Assembly: GCA_023251535.1 (NCBI GenBank)
Contig: JAHEYP010000014.1
Span: 11,726 to 75,725 of the forward strand
DNA length: 64,000 nucleotides
Reading direction: 5' to 3'
Source: Bacteroidota bacterium
GTDB lineage: Bacteria; Bacteroidota; Bacteroidia; AKYH767-A; OLB10
A program made the translations under genes and the position numbers. This document shows positions 58,791 to 64,000 of this stretch, in pieces. The notes under the pieces are model-generated. The model saw only the letters and a program-made list of their open reading frames with translations, ran no database searches and was not told the origin of the DNA. Each line of letters starts with the position of its first letter. Within the stretch, counting starts at the first letter, position 1.

Positions 58791-60032
58791 ATGATGCAGG
58801 ATCCGCGACATTTATCGATACTCAATTTCACTTATGATTTACCCGATCATCGAATAGCTGCTGTGCCGCTTGAATGTCGTTCTGATTCTAAATTATTGAT
58901 TTTTAAGGGGGAAAAGATATTTTCAAGCTCGTTTTCTGTCCTGAGCAATTATCTTCCGACAAATTCGATGTTGGTTTTTAATAACACGAAAGTAATTTTA
59001 GCTCGACTCATTTTTACTCGTTCTACAGGTGCTCGTATCGAATGCTTTTGCCTTGAACCTGAAGCAGGAATTACCCCTGAAGTGTCCTTTCGAAGTAATA
59101 GTTCTTGCCGTTGGTGGGCTATGATCGGTAATGCCAAGAAATGGAAGGCCGATGAAATTATTGAAAACCGATTTTCTTTAAATGGTACGGAAATTGTTCT
59201 AACAGCTAAGAGACTTGAAGTAAAAGGTCAGGAGTCGTTGGTAGAATTTCATTGGACTCCGACCGATTTTGCTTTTAGTGAAATATTAGAAGGTACAGGT
59301 ATTTTACCACTACCTCCGTATATGAATAGAGAAGCAAATAGCGATGAGCTAGTTCGATATAATACTGTTTATGCGAAGCATGATGGATCTGTTGCTGCAC
59401 CTACTGCAGGGCTTCATTTCACCGACGAAATATTGTCTGAACTGCAAAGTAAAAATGTTGAGCTTGCTTATTTGACATTGCATGTGGGGGCAGGGACTTT
59501 CAAACCCGTGAAGTCGGATACTATGGCTGAGCATGATATGCATGCCGAAAGATTGAACTTTACCGAAGAGTTTCTTGATCGTTTAATTGCTCAAAAAGCT
59601 TCAGGAAAAGTAATTCCAGTTGGGACTACTGCCACTCGTTCTTTGGAGAGCTTGTATTGGTGGGGAGTAAAAATTTTAAATGGTACTGCTATTGGGACTG
59701 ATATCGATATTCATCAATGGGAACCTTACGATTACGATAAATCGCAACTTCCATCTACCAATGATGCTTTAACAGCAGTGAAAAATCGTCTTAATGAAAG
59801 TGGTGCTAACGAACTTACAGGGTTTACTCGTATTATTATCGCACCTGGTTATCAGTTTCGAGTAATTGATGCTTTAATCACTAATTTCCACCAGCCGCAA
59901 AGTACTTTGTTGCTCTTAGTTTCAGCTCTAGTGGGTGATGCTTGGAAAGATATTTACAAATACGCAATGGACAACGATTTTCGTTTTTTAAGTTATGGCG
60001 ATAGCTCGTTATTATTCCCTGCAAAAAAATAA
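58791..60032 (+). CDS. queA: S-adenosylmethionine:tRNA ribosyltransferase-isomerase
   Basis: YDLPDHRIAAVPL N-terminus; LITNFHQPQSTLLLLVSAL...FLSYGDSSLLF C-terminal motifs. Confidence 0.85.
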   Translation: MMQDPRHLSILNFTYDLPDHRIAAVPLECRSDSKLLIFKGEKIFSSSFSVLSNYLPTNSMLVFNNTKVILARLIFTRSTGARIECFCLEPEAGITPEVSFRSNSSCRWWAMIGNAKKWKADEIIENRFSLNGTEIVLTAKRLEVKGQESLVEFHWTPTDFAFSEILEGTGILPLPPYMNREANSDELVRYNTVYAKHDGSVAAPTAGLHFTDEILSELQSKNVELAYLTLHVGAGTFKPVKSDTMAEHDMHAERLNFTEEFLDRLIAQKASGKVIPVGTTATRSLESLYWWGVKILNGTAIGTDIDIHQWEPYDYDKSQLPSTNDALTAVKNRLNESGANELTGFTRIIIAPGYQFRVIDALITNFHQPQSTLLLLVSALVGDAWKDIYKYAMDNDFRFLSYGDSSLLFPAKK

Positions 60033-60034
60033 TT

Positions 60035-61465
60035 TTAACATTCAGGAACGTTAACCGAAATGTTAGTTGCGAGTCCGCCTTCTGATGTTTCTTTGTATTT
60101 TGAGTTCATGTCTTTTGCTGTTTCCCACATGCTCTTGATTACATCTTCTAAACTAACTCTGGCCGATAAAGGGTCGCTTTCGATAGAAATATTCGCAGCG
60201 GTAATTGCTTTGATAGCACCCATGCTGTTTCGTTCAATACATGGTATCTGCACTAATCCTCCTATTGGGTCACATGTCAATCCTAAATGATGTTCCATCG
60301 CGATTTCAGCAGCCATCAATACTTGTCCCGGTGATCCTCCCATACATTCTACTAATCCTGCTGCTGCCATAGCACTGCTCACGCCTATTTCGGCTTGACA
60401 TCCACCCATCGCTGCGCTAATAGTTGCGTTCTTTTTGAATAGCGTTCCAATCTCTCCAGCAGTAAGTATAAAGCGTATTACTTTTTCTTCGTCAAAATCT
60501 TTTAAGAAACAGTATGCATACATTAGTACAGCAGGAATAACTCCAGCAGCTCCATTTGTTGGTGCTGTGATGATTCTTCCGAAAGATGCATTTTCTTCAT
60601 TAACTGCAAGTGCAAAACAACTGATCCATTTATTCACTAAGGTGAAATCGTGACTTTCATTTCTTATTGCTAAAATCCAACTTTCTTTATCTTCAAAAAT
60701 TCTTCCTCCAATCAGTTTGCTATTGATTTCAGCAGCACGACGCTTTACTTGCAATCCTCCAGGAAGTATTCCGTTTTTATGTGTTCCTCTCCAGATGCAA
60801 TCTTTTATCTCTTCCCAAATTCTTAACGCTTCATGCTTAATTTCAGCCTTCGGACGCCAAGCTTCTTCATTGATATACACTAAATCAGATACACTTAATT
60901 TTAATTGCTCACAATATTCTGTTATACTTCCCGGAACATGACAAGGGTAGGGAGTTGATATAGCGTGTTTGTTGATCGTGTTGTTTTCATCCGTTGCAAC
61001 AAATCCGCCGCCTACCGAATAGTAATTTCTTTCAAGTTTAGAACCATCTTTTAAATAAGCTTCGAATACCATAGTATTCGGATGTTGAGGCATGCTGATA
61101 TCTTTATGAAAGAGTAATTCTGTTTCATAATTGAATGCTAATGGTCTTTTTCCCCCTAATAGAATGTTCTTTTCAGCAACTATCTTGTCAAATCGCTCTC
61201 CAATTGTATTTGTGTCGATTGTGGTGAAATTTAATCCGCTTAAACCCATCAATAATGCAACATCGGTTCCGTGTCCTTTGCCTGTTTTTGCTAAGGATCC
61301 GTATAGATGAATTTTAATTGATTCTACTTGATTAATATCCGATAAGTGATCGATTCTCTTTAAAAACATTTCGGCAGCAATCCAAGGACCCATTGTGTGG
61401 GAGCTCGAAGGACCAATGCCTATTTTTATCATTTCGAAAACGCTGATGCTTTCCATTGTTTGCAA
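60035..61465 (-). CDS. sdaA: L-serine dehydratase, single-chain Fe-S type
   Basis: ISVFEMIKIGIGPSSSHTMGP N-terminus; alpha+beta fused; about 476 aa. Confidence 0.9.
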   Translation of the reverse strand: MQTMESISVFEMIKIGIGPSSSHTMGPWIAAEMFLKRIDHLSDINQVESIKIHLYGSLAKTGKGHGTDVALLMGLSGLNFTTIDTNTIGERFDKIVAEKNILLGGKRPLAFNYETELLFHKDISMPQHPNTMVFEAYLKDGSKLERNYYSVGGGFVATDENNTINKHAISTPYPCHVPGSITEYCEQLKLSVSDLVYINEEAWRPKAEIKHEALRIWEEIKDCIWRGTHKNGILPGGLQVKRRAAEINSKLIGGRIFEDKESWILAIRNESHDFTLVNKWISCFALAVNEENASFGRIITAPTNGAAGVIPAVLMYAYCFLKDFDEEKVIRFILTAGEIGTLFKKNATISAAMGGCQAEIGVSSAMAAAGLVECMGGSPGQVLMAAEIAMEHHLGLTCDPIGGLVQIPCIERNSMGAIKAITAANISIESDPLSARVSLEDVIKSMWETAKDMNSKYKETSEGGLATNISVNVPEC

Positions 61466-61526
61466 TTGTTTGGGAGGGTAAATTTAGTGTTTGTACAACT
61501 ACTAACCGTTGTATTTACCGAATAAA

Positions 61527-62525
61527 TTATCGTTTGCTTTTTAATAATTTGGAAGCCATCTTTTCAGCGATGATTCCCCCTATAATCAGCTGCCCGGCAT
61601 GATAAATCATTATCGGCAAGAGGTAAATGCCTGCATAAGGACTCCCTGAAAATAGCACTTTCGACATTGTAGTGCCATGAACTAGCGATTTTTTCGATCC
61701 GCAAAAAAGGGCTGTCTTGAAGTCTTTTTCTTCAAATTGCAAATATTTACTAGCGAGCTTAATTATTCCCATTGTAGTGAAGAACATTAATAATGTAACC
61801 GCACCTAAGATGATTATCGAATTTGTTTGAATCGAAGTGAATAGATGTTGATGGAATGATTCTGCAAAAGATTGATAGATAATTAGCACTATGATTGTTT
61901 GATCAAAAAGTTTTAAACGTGATTTGTTTGTATTATAAAATGTGCTTAGTTTTTGATGCAGTATCATTCCGACAATTAACGGTGCTATTACTTGAAGTAT
62001 CAGTTTGATGATTACATCAGATAATTCAATACTTTCTCCTGGTGAAGAATGCAAATAAATACTCATTATTAGTGGCGTAATAAATACTCCTGCTAAACTT
62101 GATACTGCAGCATTGAAAATTGCTGAGGCTATATTTCCTCCGGAAATGGATACCATTACTACCGATGATGAAACGGTAGAGGGTAAACTGGCTAGAAATA
62201 TAATTCCTGTTTTTAAAACCGGATCAAAATTAGATGGTAATATGTAGGTAATTGCTAAGGCCGTTAAAGGGAAAAAGATAAAAGTGGAACCGTGAATTAA
62301 CGCATGTAAACGATAGTTTTTAAGATCACTTCGCAATACTTTTCGATCTAGTCCAATGCCATACAAAAAAAATATAACCGACACGCCAATGTTGGTTATA
62401 TTCTTTATGTTGCTTGTTATTATTTCGATGTTTGATGGCTGATAAATATAGCCAAGTAAAACAGCAGCAAAAATGCTGATTATAAATCCGTTTATACCTG
62501 CTTTTTTTAATGTATCAAACAACAT
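61527..62525 (-). CDS. Bile acid:sodium symporter (BASS/SBF-like) family transporter
   Basis: 332 aa, about 10 TM helices, BASS-like topology. Confidence 0.65.
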   Translation of the reverse strand: MLFDTLKKAGINGFIISIFAAVLLGYIYQPSNIEIITSNIKNITNIGVSVIFFLYGIGLDRKVLRSDLKNYRLHALIHGSTFIFFPLTALAITYILPSNFDPVLKTGIIFLASLPSTVSSSVVMVSISGGNIASAIFNAAVSSLAGVFITPLIMSIYLHSSPGESIELSDVIIKLILQVIAPLIVGMILHQKLSTFYNTNKSRLKLFDQTIIVLIIYQSFAESFHQHLFTSIQTNSIIILGAVTLLMFFTTMGIIKLASKYLQFEEKDFKTALFCGSKKSLVHGTTMSKVLFSGSPYAGIYLLPIMIYHAGQLIIGGIIAEKMASKLLKSKR

Positions 62526-62527
62526 TT

Positions 62528-63733
62528 CTATCGCTTGCTATAGTTTGTTTTCTTTTTGTGTCGGAAGTCTTTTTTCGTGTTTTCTTTTGGCTCTGCTTTT
62601 TTATCTTTCTGAGTTAAAGAATTAGCACTATTCATGAACTTTATTTTTTTGCCTATGAGTTTTTCGATGTCTTTTAAACATCCTAATTCTTCGTAGTCGC
62701 AAAAGCTGATGGCCGATCCAGTTGCTCCGGCACGTCCTGTTCTTCCTATTCTGTGGACATACGTTTCAGGGACATTCGGTAAATCGAAATTGATTACGTG
62801 ACTTAAATTTTCAATATCAATTCCTCTGGCTGCGATATCCGTTGCTACTAATACTCTCGCTTCTCCTGCTTTAAATTTACTTAAAGCATTCTGACGTTGA
62901 TTTTGTGATTTATCACCGTGTATCGCCTCTGATTTAATTCCAGCTTTGTTCAAGTGTTTAGATACTCGATCTGCACCATGTTTAGTACGCGTAAATATAA
63001 TGGCTGATTGAATATGTGCTTCGCTTAACAGTGAGGTTAAGAAAGTTCGCTTTTCTTCTTTGTCAACATAATACAATTGTTGATCGATGGCTTGCACAGT
63101 ACTCGATACCGGCGTCACTTCAACATATTTAGGATGTTGTAATATGTTCTTTGCTAAGTCAGCAATTTCCATTGGCATAGTAGCAGAGAAGAATAAGGTT
63201 TGTCGCTTATTCGGTAATTTAGTTACTACTCGTCTTACGTCATTAATAAAGCCCATGTCGAGCATTCTGTCTGCTTCGTCTAATACGAAGTATTCAATAT
63301 GTTTCAAACTTACATGTCCTTGTTGCATAAGGTCAAGTAATCGTCCCGGTGTTGCAATTAATATTTCAATGCCGTTGTCGAGTGATTTTGTTTGCGGATG
63401 TTGTGAAACACCTCCGTAAATTACTAGATGTTTGATTGGTAAATGTCGACCGTATGCCGCAAAACTTTCACCTATTTGAATAGCTAATTCGCGTGTAGGC
63501 GTTAATATTAAACACTGAATATGATGAGCAGGCTTTTTGTTGTAGATAAGTTGTAAAAGAGGGATAGCAAAAGCAGCAGTTTTGCCGGTTCCTGTTTGAG
63601 CACATCCTAATAAATCGTCATGTTGTAAGATAACGGGAATAGCTTTTTCTTGTATTGGAGTAGGTTCTGTATATCCTTCTTCGCTTAAGGCTTTTAGGAT
63701 AGGAGTTATAATGTTTAGTTCTTGGAATTTCAT
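62528..63733 (-). CDS. DEAD-box ATP-dependent RNA helicase (RhlE-like)
   Basis: AQTGTGKTAAF, DEAD, SAT and HRIGRTGRAG motifs; basic C-terminal tail; start at the internal Met MKFQELN. Confidence 0.9.
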   Translation of the reverse strand: MKFQELNIITPILKALSEEGYTEPTPIQEKAIPVILQHDDLLGCAQTGTGKTAAFAIPLLQLIYNKKPAHHIQCLILTPTRELAIQIGESFAAYGRHLPIKHLVIYGGVSQHPQTKSLDNGIEILIATPGRLLDLMQQGHVSLKHIEYFVLDEADRMLDMGFINDVRRVVTKLPNKRQTLFFSATMPMEIADLAKNILQHPKYVEVTPVSSTVQAIDQQLYYVDKEEKRTFLTSLLSEAHIQSAIIFTRTKHGADRVSKHLNKAGIKSEAIHGDKSQNQRQNALSKFKAGEARVLVATDIAARGIDIENLSHVINFDLPNVPETYVHRIGRTGRAGATGSAISFCDYEELGCLKDIEKLIGKKIKFMNSANSLTQKDKKAEPKENTKKDFRHKKKTNYSKR

Positions 63734-63766
63734 AGAATGTTTGCACGCATTTTTATCGCTGTGCAT

Positions 63767-64000
63767 TTAAGATGGATAATAGGTAATAAAGAATGGCTAC
63801 AATAGTCATTGTTTTAAGCCATAATTTGCTTTGGTATGTTTTGAATGTAAATAGAAAACTTCCTGTAAGTAACCCTAGTACTATAAATAGGGAAAGAAGA
63901 TATTCGTGTGTTGTATTTGGTGGATAGTATGTTTTGCCGTTGCTGAGTGTGTAACTTTTTAAGTAATGGAATAGGGGAGTTTCGTGAATGATAATCGGCA
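63767..64000 (-). CDS. Possible 3' end of a membrane-protein gene that starts beyond the window end
   Basis: Open minus-strand frame with hydrophobic stretches (...LLSLFIVLGLLTGSFLF..., MTIVAILYYLLSIL*); no start codon within the window. Confidence 0.25.

Overview
This window is a chromosomal segment from an AT-rich member of the Bacteroidota, most likely Flavobacteriia or Sphingobacteriia. The phylum call rests on several secreted proteins carrying type IX secretion system (T9SS) C-terminal sorting domains and on Bacteroidetes-style gene families. The segment is densely coded with about 55 genes. There are no rRNA or tRNA genes and no CRISPR array. Intergenic regions are short, and many convergent gene pairs share bidirectional hairpin terminators. 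The 5' two-thirds is mostly housekeeping or envelope genes: folK, a deoxynucleoside kinase, typA, lpxD, rnhB, a Wzx/Wzz/Wzy-like polysaccharide trio, peptidases of families S9B, M61 and M13, OmpA-family proteins, a TonB-dependent receptor and a LytS/LytTR two-component pair. The 3' third looks accessory and holds the main candidates. The first is a heavy-metal RND efflux operon whose 1451-aa pump is an in-frame fusion of a CzcA-type inner-membrane pump and a TolC-like outer-membrane factor (OMF). The fusion sits between a small His/acidic-rich secreted protein and a DinB-like protein. A truncated IS1-family (InsA-like) transposase remnant follows. The most interesting feature is a compact locus of porin, KgtP-like MFS carboxylate symporter, two tiny membrane proteins, a CbrA/CrbS-like sensor kinase with an N-terminal sodium:solute-symporter domain, a stand-alone receiver, and propionyl-CoA synthetase (PrpE). 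The second tiny ORF overlaps the kinase start in an ATGA junction. This arrangement suggests a carboxylate (propionate/acetate-type) sensing, uptake and activation module that, to my knowledge, has not been characterised in Bacteroidota. Downstream lie two tandem T9SS LamG-domain paralogs with near-identical 3' halves and a third T9SS repeat protein. All functional calls are from reading the translated ORFs and recalled family motifs. No database search was possible.
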